Below, one piece after another: positions 38,099 through 50,136 of a DNA stretch of 64,000 nucleotides; the first letter of the stretch is position 1; every line of letters starts with the position of its first letter. Both the position numbers and the translations under genes were made by a program. The DNA is from the human T2T-CHM13v2.0 reference genome, Homo sapiens: NCBI GenBank assembly GCA_009914755.4, contig CP086569.2, positions 22,432,001 to 22,496,000 of the forward strand, written 5' to 3'. The notes under the pieces are model-generated. The model was not told the DNA's origin. It did not search any database and saw nothing but the letters and a program-made list of their open reading frames with translations.

Positions 38099-40196
38099 CT
38101 AGCTGAGCAGGTACTTCAGGTTAAAGGGGCACTCCTCAATTGTCTTGGGATTTCATCCTGGGACATAGAGTGTGAGCAGAAATAAGGTCAGATAGGGATG
38201 AGAATACAATCTGGTGAGGAGTGGATGGGTCCTGCAATTTCAACTGCAAAAAAAATATGAAGACAGATGACACAGAAGGTGCTTCCAACCCCATCCCCCT
38301 ATTCTGTTAATTGCACAAGCAGTCCAACCATGACCTGGTGTTCAGGTGGAAGTAATCCAACAGGCAGGGAACATTTTGAGTGCAAATTGGGCCCATCCTG
38401 GCAAAGTCTGGATGTATGTTTTTCATACCCATAGCCAAATGGAACTGGAATGGGTTAATACTGGGAGGGGTGTGGCCTCCAAACTGGCCTCTTCTTTTCT
38501 TGACTTCCATGTTCCTCATTGGCCTAGGGTTTCCTGGATCTCCACCCAATGACTTCCACACTAAATTTTCCCAATTCTCGAGAACCACCCTCACGGGAAT
38601 CCATTGCATGAGTGTTTTCTTCTAAACCCTGTGAGGTTTTAATGACTGGGCCTCATTGATAATTTAAACCTGCAAATTGCCTTTACAGCTGCCAACAAGG
38701 AAACTCTTGTTCTTTCACTTCTTTCGGAAGGCTGCATGATTCCTGTAGGATGAGAAGTAGGCAGCCGTGTTTGGCTTTTGCCTGGTCATCTAGCTTCTGT
38801 TTCTTTTCATCTGCAGGCTCTTCTCATTGCTGAGTGGATCTTTCATTGTGGTCTTGCTGAGTGGGACTGCCTATCGCCACACATCTTTTGGCTGCCAGTA
38901 ATTTCAGGGAGCAAAACAGACTTTAGGTAGGCTGGCTACACTCCAGGTTGTGGGTGGTGGTCTCATTTTGGGGGCCAAGTTTGTTTGCACTTTGCCAGGG
39001 GCTTTAGGGTCTTCTGACAGAAATCTTTTAACATTGCTGTGTCTCCAGCACTAGTCAGCTCATTCTCTCAGGCGAGCTTTGATTTTTCTTTGCTTTCTCT
39101 GGGGAGTCCACATCGCCCCTCAACAGCGCTACTGGACAACATTCCAGGCTTGCAATCTCCACAAACGGCCTCTGAGACACTGTCTCAACCTCATTTGCAC
39201 CCGTGAGAGGTCAGTTCGAGGTGTGAGAACACTTCTTCAACTTGAACCTCCTTTTGTCATGGTTCCAGCCTTTCCCCAAGAGCCCCTGTGAGGGCAGGAT
39301 GAACGGAGGCAGTGAGATCAAGGGCCCGGCCATCTTCCACAGACACCCGCCTCTGGGGTCTCAGGTGTGATTCCATCACCCGAAGACCCCCAGAAACTCA
39401 CCAGACTATATTCCAATTCCCATGGGACTTGATTCTTACACACAGCCTCTTTCAGCCATGGAGTGAGAAAAGCAGTTTCCCGCGTCCTCCTCACAGTCTC
39501 AAAATGTGTCCTCCTTCAGCGAGACCAGACCACGGAGACGACCCGACGGAGCTCTGAGGTCGACGCTTTTAGTGTCCCACAGTGGGTTACTGCAGTCAGC
39601 CTTTTTTCCCATAACAGGCCGGCTCTGGCTGTACCATTTTCCTCTGGTTAGGCAGGCTGACAGCTCTGACAGCCGGGCGCCCAACCTTGCCTCGTGAATG
39701 CGCATGCGCTAGTCTCAGGGCACCAGACCTGAACTGTGAGCTCTGGCTGATGTCTCAATGAATGCCACCATTGCCTAGAGACAAGTCCCTGTGGCTTAGC
39801 GGAGAAGGAAACATCTGCGGAGGTGGGTCGGCCACAGACTTTCGCTTGTACTGTTTGTGGGACCCTCAGCATAATCTCATGATGCTAGGAGAATGCTGAC
39901 CTCAGCCAGCTTAAGGAAACTTCAAGCACAGCCTCAGGAATTCACTGCGAAATCTCTAAGTGTCCAAAAGGATCTGCAGGATGCCTCAGGCCTACCTAGA
40001 CGTTGCAGGGGTGAGTCTTTTTGAAAATCGTCCCACTGTGTTTTCTAGATACAGCCTGCATGAGTTCCCCAAGGTTACTCTCTCCCAGGTGAAGCTTCCT
40101 GCAGAACCACGCAGCCTCAGGAGATGCCGGGCTGTGTTTTTCTGTCAGAGTGTTGTAAGTTTTGGATGTCTGCATCTGTGTGTGGCTTTGTGTGTT
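38099..40196 (+). repeat. Array unit U8 (partial, ~2.1 kb), which ends at the inversion junction.
   Basis: Unit homology stops at ...tgtgtggctttgtgtgttt, inside the per-unit (GT)n region. The next bases are the reverse complement of a segment further along the unit. Confidence 0.75.
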
Positions 40197-40198
40197 TC

Positions 40199-42648
40199 CC
40201 TGTGGAAAAGACTGCTAGTGTCTCTCTCTGGGTTGGCTGCAGGACAATGGAACACTGGGAGACCTGTTTTATGGTGTGGTGTGCTCCTCTTCTTTCTAGA
40301 AAGGAAAAGTGTTTGTTGTTGTTCTGCTGGCAGAGGTGATTTGGACGCCAGCGGGTCATGGCACACCTACCAATTTGCTGCAGATTCACGATCCACAGAA
40401 AAATAAAGAAAAGCCCCGCGGCCCAAGCAGAGCCACACAGACAGGACAACACTAGGTTGGGAGACTAAAAAAAAAAAAAAAAAAAAAAAAGGGTGCTTAA
40501 GTGTGTTAGCCTCATTCCTTTAAACAGACTCCACTTACCGGCACATACACACACGCACACACATACACATACACACAGTCAAACATCTAACACTTGCAAG
40601 TCTCCCAGAGAAACACACAGTCCAGCAGCTCCCAAGGATGCGTGCTTCTGCAGGAAGCCCCACCTGGGAGAGAGCAAACTCGCGGAACACAGGTGGGCTG
40701 TATCTAGAAATCACAGTGGGGCAAGTTTCAAAAAGACCCACCCCTACAAAGTCCACCCAGGCCTGAGGAATTCTGCAGATCCTTTTGGATTCTCAGGATT
40801 TCTCAATTTATTCCTGGGGTTGTGCTTGAGGTTTCTTCAGGCTGGCTGACGTCTGCCCTCTCTTAGGATCATGGGACTATCTGGTGAATCCAACAGACAA
40901 GACGCAAAAGCCCACTGCCAACGCACCTCCACGGAGGTCTCCTTTGCCGCAAAGCTGCAGGGACTTGTAGTTAGGCAACTGTGACATTCGTTTTGACGCA
41001 AGCAAGGGCTCATAATCAGGACTGCTTCCTTGAGTCTAGCGCATGCGCATTCGTGAGGCAGGGAAGGCCTCCAGGATAGCACAACTGTCAGGCTGCCTAA
41101 GCACAGGAAAATGTACAGGCAGAGCCGGCCTGGTATTGAAATAAAGGATGCCTGCAAACACCCACTGTGGGGCACCAAAATCCTCGACCTCAGGACCCCT
41201 TGGGCCATCTCCGTGGTCGGATCCCACTGGAGAAGGAGGCGTTTTGAGACTGTGAGGTGGTCGCTGGAAACTGCTCTTCTGACTTTATTCTCCAAAGAGG
41301 TTGTGTGCAAAAATAGGGTCCCATGGGGATTGGAATATAGTCTGGTGTGTTTCTGAGGGTTCTCTGGGTGATGGAAACATGCCTGAGACCCCAGAGGTTG
41401 GTGCCAGTGAAAGATGGTCAGACTCTTGACCTCACTGCTGCCTTTCATCCTGAGCCTCATAGGAGCTCTCTGGGAAAGGCAAATACTACGACAAGGGATG
41501 TCCAAGGTGGGGCCGTATTCTCACACCTCAGACTGGCTTCTTGCGGGTGCAGATGAGGTTGAGAGAGTATCTTGGAGACGTGTGTGGTGGTGCCAAGTCT
41601 GAAAGTGTGTCCGGTAGTGTTGCTAAGGGGCACTGTGTATTCCCCTTGAAAGCAAAGAAAAATCAAGGCTCAACTGAGAGAAAGAGCTACCTTATGGTGG
41701 AATCCAAGCAATGTTCAAAGACTCTTGTCAGAGGACCCAAAAGCTTCCTGCAAAGTGCAAAAAACCTCAGTCCCCACAAGGGGACAACAACCCACAACAT
41801 GGAGCACAGCCAACCTACCGGAAGTCCCTTTTGCTCTCTGAAATTTCTGGCAGCTTAATGATCTCTGGGAGAGGCAGTTCCAAGCAGCAACAGCCCAGTG
41901 AAGGAGCCCCTCCACAATGAAAAGGCCATGCAAATGAAGTGAAAAAGGTGCCAGATTACGAGGCAAAAGCCGACAAAGCTGCCTGCTTTTCATCCTGCAG
42001 AAATCATGCAGCCCTCTGTTAGAAGTGGGAGAACAAAAGTGTCCTTGCTGGTGGATGTAATGGAAATTTATGGTTTTAAAATTATCAAATCTGCCCAGTC
42101 ATTAAAACTGACAGTGTTTAGAAGGAAACTCTCACACAGTGGATTCCCATGAGGATCATTCTCCATGAAATGGGAAAGGTTTACTGTGGAAGTCTTTAAG
42201 CCATAACCAGGAAACACTAGGCCTACAAGAAACATAGAAGTCAGGAAAAGAAGAGGCAACTATGGAGGCCACATCTCACCCAGCATCAATCCATTCCATT
42301 CCCATTTGGCTCTGGGTATGAAAGCTCTCAAATCGGGAGTGTACCAGGATGGCCTCAATTTGCACTCCAAATATTCCTTGCATGTTGGAATACTCTCACC
42401 TGAACACCGGGCCATGGTGTGGACTGCTTGTGCAATTAATGGAATACAGGGATGGAGCTGGAAGCAACTTCTGTGACATCAGTCTTCAATCATTTTGCAG
42501 GTGAAGTTGCAGGACCCCATCCACCCTTCACCAATCTGTATCTTCACCCCTTTCTGAACTTATTGTGTCTCACACTCTATGTCCCAGAATGAAATCCGAA
42601 GATGATGGAGAAGTGTCCCCTCATGATGTGAAACACCTGATCTCCTGG
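40199..42648 (-). repeat. Inverted unit iU1 (includes the ~365-bp junction spacer segment).
   Basis: Ends at the reverse-complement phase marker ...gtcccctcatgatgtgaaacacctgatctcctggg. Confidence 0.75.
40467..40490. repeat. Poly(A) tract (A24) at the per-unit mononucleotide site.
   Basis: gggagactaaaaaaaaaaaaaaaaaaaaaaaagggtgcttaagtgtgttagcc. The homologous site in the + arm is a short T-run (e.g. 9287-9296). Confidence 0.85.
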
Positions 42649-45208
42649 GAACCGAATTCGAGTTAAATTCAAGGGGCACTGCAGACAGGACTGTTAGTGT
42701 TTCTCCCTGGGTGGGCCACAGGACAATGAAACACTGGGAGATGTCTGTTTTTTCATGTGGTGGGCTCCTCTTCTTTCTAGAAGAGTGGTTTTATTATGCA
42801 GGGGGATGCAATTTGAAAGCTGGTGGGATTCAGCCTGGCTCCCAATTCACTGCAGATTCAGATCCACAGAAAAATAAAGAACATGGAGCCCTGCAGTCCA
42901 AGCAGAGCCACACAGACTGGCAACCAAAAGGTTTGGAGACTCACAAAAAGAAGAAGAAGAAAAGAAGAAGAAGAAGAAGAAGAAGAAGAAGAAGAAGAAG
43001 AAGAAGAAGAAGAAGAAGAAGAAGAAGAAGAAGCAGTGCTGAAGTGCATTAGCCATATTCCTTTAAGCAGGCTCCACTTACAGGCAAACACACCCACACA
43101 CATAAGCACTCACAAACACATAATGCCACACACACACACACACACACACACGCAGACATCCAACACTCAAAATAATTCCAGAGAAATTCACAACCTGGCA
43201 GCTGCTGAGGCTGTGAGGTCTGCAGGAAGCCATACCAGGGAGAGAACAACCCCAGGGAACACAGGTGTGCTGTACCTAGAAATCATAGTGGAGCAAGTTT
43301 CAAAAACACTCACCCCTACAAAGACTAGGCAGGCCTGAGGAATCCCGCAGATAATTTTGGATCCTTATGGATTTCATGGTTTATTCCTAAGACTGTGCTT
43401 GATGTTTTTTCAGGCTGCTTCATGCCTGCCCTCTCCTAGGATTATGGGAATATCCCACGTATCCCACAGAGAAGACAGGTGAGAGTCCACCGCCGACTCA
43501 CCGCCACGGAGGTCTCCTTCTCTGTCAAGCTTCAGAGGCTTGTCCCTAGGCAGCAGTGACATTTGTTTTGATGCTAGCCAGAGCTCACAATCAGGCCTGG
43601 TGCCCTAAGACTGGCACATGCATATTCGTGAGTCAGGCTCTGGTGCCAGGCTCTCAGAGCTATAAGCCTGCCTCAGCAGTGGAAAATGGTACAGGCAGAA
43701 TGAGCCTGGTATTGTAAAAATGGCTCCCTGTCAAAACCCACTGCAAGATGCTAAAAGTCTTGAACTCAGGGACCCTTCATGCCATCTCCATGGTTGGGTC
43801 CTACTGGAGAGAAGGCATTTCTACAGTGTGATGTGGTCACTGGAAACTGCACTTCTGACTCCATTCTTGAAAGAGGCTGTGTGCAAGAATCAGGTCCATG
43901 GGGATTGGAATATATTCTGTTGTGTTGTTGTGGGTTCTCTGAGTAACAGAATCATACCTGAGACCCCAGAGGCAGGTGTCAGTGACAGATGGCTGGGCTC
44001 TTGCCCTCACTGCCTCCCTTCATCCTAAGCCTTGCAGGGGCTCTCTGGGAAAGGCAGGAATCACGACAAAGGGAAGTCCAAGGTGAAGCAGTGTTCTCAT
44101 TCCTCAGACTGGCCTCTCATAGGTGCAGATGAGGTGGAGACAGTCTATCAGAGGCTGTCTGTGGTGATGGCAAGCCTGGAAATGGTGTCCAGTAGTGTCA
44201 CTGTGTGTCACTGTGGATTCCCCAAGAAAGCAAAGAAAAATAGAGGCTCACCTGAGAGAACGAGATGCCTTGTGCTGGAGTCCACACATTGTTCAATGAC
44301 GCCTGTCAGAAGCCTCCTGCAAAGGGCAAACAACCTCAGCCCCCACTATGAGACAATGGTCCACAACCTGGAGTGCAGCCAGCCTACCCCAAGTCCCTTT
44401 TGCTCCCTGAAATCCCTGGCAGCCAAAAGATCTGGGGTGAGAGGCAATGCAATGCAGCAACAACCCAATGAAAGAGCCCCTCCACAATGAGAAAGGACTT
44501 GAAGATGAATTGAAACAGAGGCTAGATTACCAGGCAACACCAGACACAGTGGCCTGCTTCTCATCATACAGGAATCTTGCAGCCCTCTGAAAAAAGTGGG
44601 AGAATAGGAGTTTCCTTGTTTGTGGCTCTAACTGACATTTACAATTTTAAAAGTATCAAAGCTGGCCAGTCATTAAAACGTGACAGTGTTTAGAAGGAAA
44701 CACTCACACAATGGATTCAAATGAGGGTCATCCTCCATGAATTGGGAAGCCTCTATTGTGGTAGACATTTAGACAGACCCAGGAAAACCTAGGCCAGTGG
44801 GGGAAACGGAAGTCAGGAGAAGAGGAGGCAAGTGTGAAGGCCACATCCCACCCAGCATCAATCCATCCCATACCCTTTTAGTTCTGGCTATGACAGCCCT
44901 GAAATCAGGAGTTTGCCAGGATGGCCAAGTATGCACTCCAAATGTTCCCTGCATGCAGAAGTACTCCCAGGCCATGACGTGGATGGCTTGTGCAATTAAG
45001 CAAATGTGGGGATGCTGTTGGAAGCATGCTCTGTGCCATCAGATCTTCACTGTTTTTGCAGGTGAAGGTGCAGGTCTGCATCCAAACCTCACCAGATTAT
45101 ATCCTCACCCCATCTGACCTTATTGCTGCTCACACTGTTTGTCCCAGAATAAAATCCCAAGATGATAGTGGAGTGCACCCTCACAACATGAAGCACCTGC
45201 TCTACTGC
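42649..45208 (-). repeat. Inverted unit iU2 (2560 bp; enlarged by the (GAA)n expansion).
   Basis: Reverse-complement phase marker ...gcaccctcacaacatgaagcacctgctctactgcg at the 3' boundary. Confidence 0.75.
42946..43033. repeat. (GAA)n trinucleotide expansion (~27 repeats) at the per-unit poly(A) site of inverted unit iU2.
   Basis: aaaaagaagaagaagaaaagaagaagaag...(gaa)n...gaagcagtgctgaagtgcattagcc, at the same position where other units carry A7-A24. Confidence 0.9.
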
Positions 45209-47521
45209 GAACCAAATTCCTGGTAAATTCAAGGGGCCCTGCCATCAGGACTGCTAGTGTCTCTTCCTGGGTTGGCCATGGGACAATGAAAGACTGGGCA
45301 ATGTTGCTTCTTGGGTGAGGTGTGCTCCTCTTCTTTTGAGAAGAGTGACTTTTTTTTTGCAGGTGGGGGAGATTTGGACCATAGCAGGTCACAGCCAGCC
45401 TCCCAAATCACTGCAGATTCTTGATCCACAGAAAAATAAAGAATACAGAGCCCCACAGCCCAGGCAGAACCACAGAAACAAGCTACCAAAAGGTTGAGAG
45501 ACAAAAAAAAGCACTGCAGTGTGTTAGCCTAATTTATTTAATTAGACTCCATTTAAAACACACACACACACATCACACAAAGCCACACACACGTGCAGAC
45601 ATCCAAACTTACAACACTCTCACAGAAACTACAGGCCTACAGGTTCTGAGGCTGGGTGGTTCTGCAGGAATCCCAACCTGGGAGAGAACAACACCAAGTA
45701 ACACAGGAGGGCTGTACCAAGAAATCATACAGGGCAAATTTCAAAAAGATTCACCCGTACAACATCTAGGCAGGTCTGAGGCATCCTGCAGATTATTTTG
45801 GATCCTTAGGGATTTTGCAGATTATTCCTGGGGCTCTGTTTGACCTTTCTTCATGATGTCTCACATATGCTCTCTCCAAGGATAATGGGACTATCCTGTG
45901 GATCCCACAGAGAAGACAGGTGAAAGTTCACTGCCGACTCACATACACAGAGATCGCCTTCTCCACCAAGCCTCAGGGACTTGTTGCTAGGCAATGCTGT
46001 CATTCATTGTGATGCTTGCCAGAGCTCACAGCTCTGGCCTGGTGCCAGGAGACTAGTGCATTTGCATTCTTGTCACAGGCTCAGCAGCCCAGCTGTCAGC
46101 ATGCCTAAGCAGAGAAAAATGGTACAGGCAGAGCTGACCTGGTGTTGGGAAAATGGCTGTCTGAGATAATCCACTGAGAGACCCTGAAAGTCTCAACCAT
46201 AGGTTTTCTTCAGGCCATCTTGTTGGTCAGGTTTCACTTGAAGGAGGAGGCATTTCAAGACTGTGAACTGGTCACTGGAAACTGCACTTCTGACTTCATC
46301 CCTGAAAGAGTGCAGAAATCCGGTCCCATGGTGATTGGAATATAGTCTGGTGAGTTGTTGAGGGGTCTCTGGTTCATGGAATCATACCTGAGACCCCAGA
46401 GGCAGGTGTCAACAAAAGATGGCTGTGCCCTGGACGTCACTGCCTGACTTCATCCTGGGCCTCCAGGTGCTCTCTGGGAAAGGCAGGAACCATGACAAAG
46501 GCAAGTCCACGGTGGAGCAGTGTTCTCACACCTCCAACTGGCCTCTCATGGGTGCAGATGAGGTTGAGACAGTGTCTCAGAGGCCATTTGTGGCAATTGT
46601 AAGCCTGAAAAGGGTGTGCAGTAATGCTGTTTAGGGGCAATGTGTATCTTCCATGAAAGCGAAGGAAAATCAAGGCTTGGGTGAGAGAAACAACTGACTT
46701 GTGCTGAAGTCCAAGCAATACTGAAAGATTTCTTTCAGAGGACCCAAAAGCCACCTGCAAAGTGCAAACAACCTCAGTATCCAAAATGAGACCACAATCC
46801 ACAACCTGGAGTGCAGCCAGCTTACCTGAAGTCTCCTTTGCTCCCTGAAGTCCCTGGCAGCTAAAAGATCTGTGGCGAGAGGCAGTCCCATACAGCAACA
46901 GCCCAATGAAACTCCCACTCCACAATGAGCAGTGGCATGCAGGTACAATAAAACAGAGCCTAGATTACCAGGCAAATGCCAGACATGGCTGCCTCCTTTT
47001 CATCCTACAGGAATCATGCAGCCCTCTGATAGAAGTGGGAGAACAAGAGTTTTCCTGTTGGTGGCTGTAATGGGAATTTACAGTTTTAAAATATCACAGC
47101 TGTCCAGTCATTAAAGCGTGACAATGTTTAGAAGGAAACATTCACACAATGGATTCTCATTAGGGTCATCCTTGGTGAACTGGGATACGTTTAGTGTGGA
47201 AGACATTGAGCCAGGCCTAGGCTCCCAGTATGAAAGCCCTCAAATTGGGAGTTTGCCAGGATGGCCCCAGTTTGCACTCCAAATATTCCCTGCATGTTGG
47301 AGTACTCCCACCTGAACACCAGGCCATGGTGTGGACTGCCTGTGCAGTTAAGAGAATGTGGGGATGCAGTTGGAAGTACTTCTGTGTAATCTGCCTTTAC
47401 TTTTTCTCAGATTGCATGCACACCCCTAACCGACCTTACTGTTGCTCACACTGTGTCCCAGAATGAAATCTCAAGATGATAGAGGAGTGCCCCCTGATGA
47501 CGTGAAGCTCCTACTCAGCTG
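45209..47521 (-). repeat. Inverted unit iU3 (2313 bp).
   Basis: Reverse-complement phase marker ...cccctgatgacgtgaagctcctactcagctg. Confidence 0.75.
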
Positions 47522-50023
47522 AGAACTGAATTTGATGTAAACTCAATGGGCCCTGAGGATAGGAATGTTAGTATCCATCCCTGGGTTTGCCACAGGACAA
47601 TGAAACACTAGATGTCTGTTCATGGGTGTGGTGTGCTCCTCTTCTTTCTGGAAAAGTGGCTTCTGTTGCAGGGGAAGGTGATTTGGACCCTGGCAGGTCT
47701 CAGTCAATCTCCCAATTCACTATAAATTCATGATCCACAGAAGAACAAAAAACACAAGGCTCTACAGCCCAAGGAGAGCCACAGAGACAACCCACCAAAA
47801 GTTTGGGAGAATCAAAAAAATGAAGGGCTGAAGTGCTTTAGGCACATTTTTTTAAAGCAGACTCCACTTACAGGCATACACATACAGACACACACAAACA
47901 CACACACACAAAACACACACACACACAGCCACTCGCACAGGCAGATATCCAACAATTACAACACTACCACAGAAACGCACAGCCCGGTAGGTTCTGAGGC
48001 TGCCTGGTTCTGCAGACAGCCCCACCTCGGAGACAGCAACTTCGAGGAATACAGGTGGGCTGTACTTAGAAATAACAGTTGGGCAAGTTTCAAAAAGACT
48101 CACCCCTACAACGTGTAGGCAGGCCTGAGGCGTCCTGCAGATCCTTTTGGATTCTTAGGGATTTCGTGATTTACTCTTGGGGCTCTCCTTGAGGTTTCTT
48201 CAGGCTGGCTCATGTCTGCCTTCTCTTAGGATCATGGGACTATCCCGTGGGTCCTACAGAGAAGACAGGCGAGAGACCACCGCTATCGCACCCCCACGGA
48301 GGTCTCCTTCTCGGCCAAGCCACAGGGACTTGCGGCTAGGGAAAGGAGGCATTTATTGTGACGTTAACCAGAGCTCACAGCTCAGGCCCTGTGCCCTAAG
48401 ACTAGCGCATGTGCATTCGCGATGGAGGCTCCCGCGCAAGGCTTTCAGAACTGTCAGCCTGTCTATGCAGAGGAAAATGACAGGCAGAGCCTGACTGATA
48501 TTGGGGAAAAGGCTGTCTGCGAAAACCCACTGAGAGACCCTGAAAGTCTCAAATTTAGGGCCCCTTCGTGTCATCTCCATGGTCCGGTCGCGCTGGAGGT
48601 CGAGCCGTTTCGCCACTCTGAGGTCATGGCTGAGAAATGCTCTTCTGACTCCATTATTGAAAGAGGTTGTGTGCAAGAATTGGGTCCATGGGGATTGGAA
48701 TATAGTCTGGTGTATTGTTGAGGGTTCTTTGGGTGATAGAATCATACCTGAGACCCCAGAGGCGGGCGTCATCAAAATATGGCCAGGCTCTTGACCTCAC
48801 TGCCTCCGTTCATCCTGGGTCGCACAGGGGCTCTCCGGGAAAGGCAGGAACCACGACAAAGGCAAGGCCAAGGTGAAGCAGTATTCTCAAACCTCAGACT
48901 GGCATCTCATGGGTGCAGATGAGGTTGAGAAGGTGTCTCAGAGGCCGTCTGTGGTGACGGCAAGCCTGAAAAGGGTGTCCAGTGGTGCTGTTGAGGGTCA
49001 CTGAGGATTTTCTATGAAAGCAAAGAGAAATTAAGGCTTGCCCAAGAGAATGATCTGCCTTGGGCTGGAGTCCAAGCAATGTTCAATGATTCCTGTCAGA
49101 GGACCCAATAGCCTCCTGCAAAGTGCAAATAACCTCAGCACCCACAGTGAGAGAATGACCCACAACCTGAAGTGCAGCCAGCCTACCCAAATTCCCTTTT
49201 GCTCTCTGCAATCCCTGTCAGCTAAATAATCTATGATAAGAGGCAGTCCCACCGAGCAACAGCCCAAAGAAAGAACACTTCCACAATGAGAAGGCCATGC
49301 AGATGAAATAAAACAGGGGCTGGCTAGATTACCAGGCAAAAGCAAGACGCGGGTGCCTGCCTCTCATCCTACAGGAATCATGCAGCCATTTGATAGAAGT
49401 GAGAAAACAGGAGTTTCCTTGTTTGCGGCTGTAGTGAGAATTTATGGTTTTAAAAGTGTCAAAGCAGCCCAGTCATTAAAATGTGACAGTGTTAAGAAGA
49501 AAACACTCACACAATGGATTTCCATGAGGCTCATTGTCTGTGAAGTGGGAAATGTTTAGTGTGGAAGTTTTTGAGCCAGAACCAGGAAACCCTAGGCTAG
49601 TGAGGAGCACGGAAGTAAGGAAAAGAAGAGGCAAGTCTGGAGGCCACATCCCACCCAGCATCAATGCATTCCACTCCCATTTGGCTCTGGACATGAAAGC
49701 CCTCAAATAGGGTATTTGCCAGGATGGCCTCAATTTGCACTCCAAATGTTGCTTGCACATTGGAGCACTCCCACCTGAATACCGAACCCTGATGCTGACT
49801 GCTTGTGCAATTAAGGGAATGCAGGGATGGAGTTGGAAGCACCTTCTGTGTCATCTGTCTTCATTTCTTTGCAGGTGAAGTTGCAGGACTGTATCCACCC
49901 CTCACCAGGTTGTATCCTCACCTGTATGTTAATGTATTGCTGCTCACACTCTATGTCCCAGGATGAAATCCCAAGATGATGGAGGACTGCCCCCTCAAGA
50001 TGTGAAGCACCTGATCATCTGGG
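47522..50023 (-). repeat. Inverted unit iU4 (2502 bp).
   Basis: Reverse-complement phase marker ...cccctcaagatgtgaagcacctgatcatctggg. Confidence 0.75.
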
Positions 50024-50136
50024 AACTGAATTCGAGGTAAATTCAAGGGACTCTGCAGACATCCAACACTCACAACACTCCCATGGAAACACACTGCCCG
50101 GCAGCTCATGAGGCTGTGTGGTTCTTCAGGAAGCCC
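50024..50136 (-). repeat. Terminal partial inverted unit iU5, with a ~480-bp internal deletion; right end of the array.
   Basis: ...aattcgaggtaaattcaagggactctgcagaca jumps directly to tccaacactcacaacactcccatggaaacacactgcccggcagctcatgaggctgtgtggttcttcaggaagccc. The latter is homologous to the post-(CA)n segment (compare 43150-43240). Homology ends at ~50136. Confidence 0.65.

Larger units (their letters stand above)
40199..50136 (-). repeat. Inverted arm of the same macrosatellite array (~4 units on the opposite strand).
   Basis: The sequence from 40199 is the reverse complement of unit landmarks. It starts with cctgtgga.aagactgctagtgtctc, the reverse complement of gagacactagcagtcctgtccacagg. 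It then runs through the (CA)n at ~40560, ...cctcctgcaaagtgcaaaca... (reverse complement of ttgcactttgcaggagg) and so on, repeating every ~2.3-2.6 kb. Confidence 0.88.

Noticed and set aside
40837-41505. 222-aa minus-strand ORF inside the inverted array arm
   Set aside because: It lies entirely within a macrosatellite unit. The homologous stretch in other units is broken by stops and frameshifts, and there is no recognisable domain.
42823-43338. 171-aa ORF with a long poly-Glu run
   Set aside because: The poly-E is simply the (GAA)n microsatellite read in frame. The flanking sequence is array repeat.
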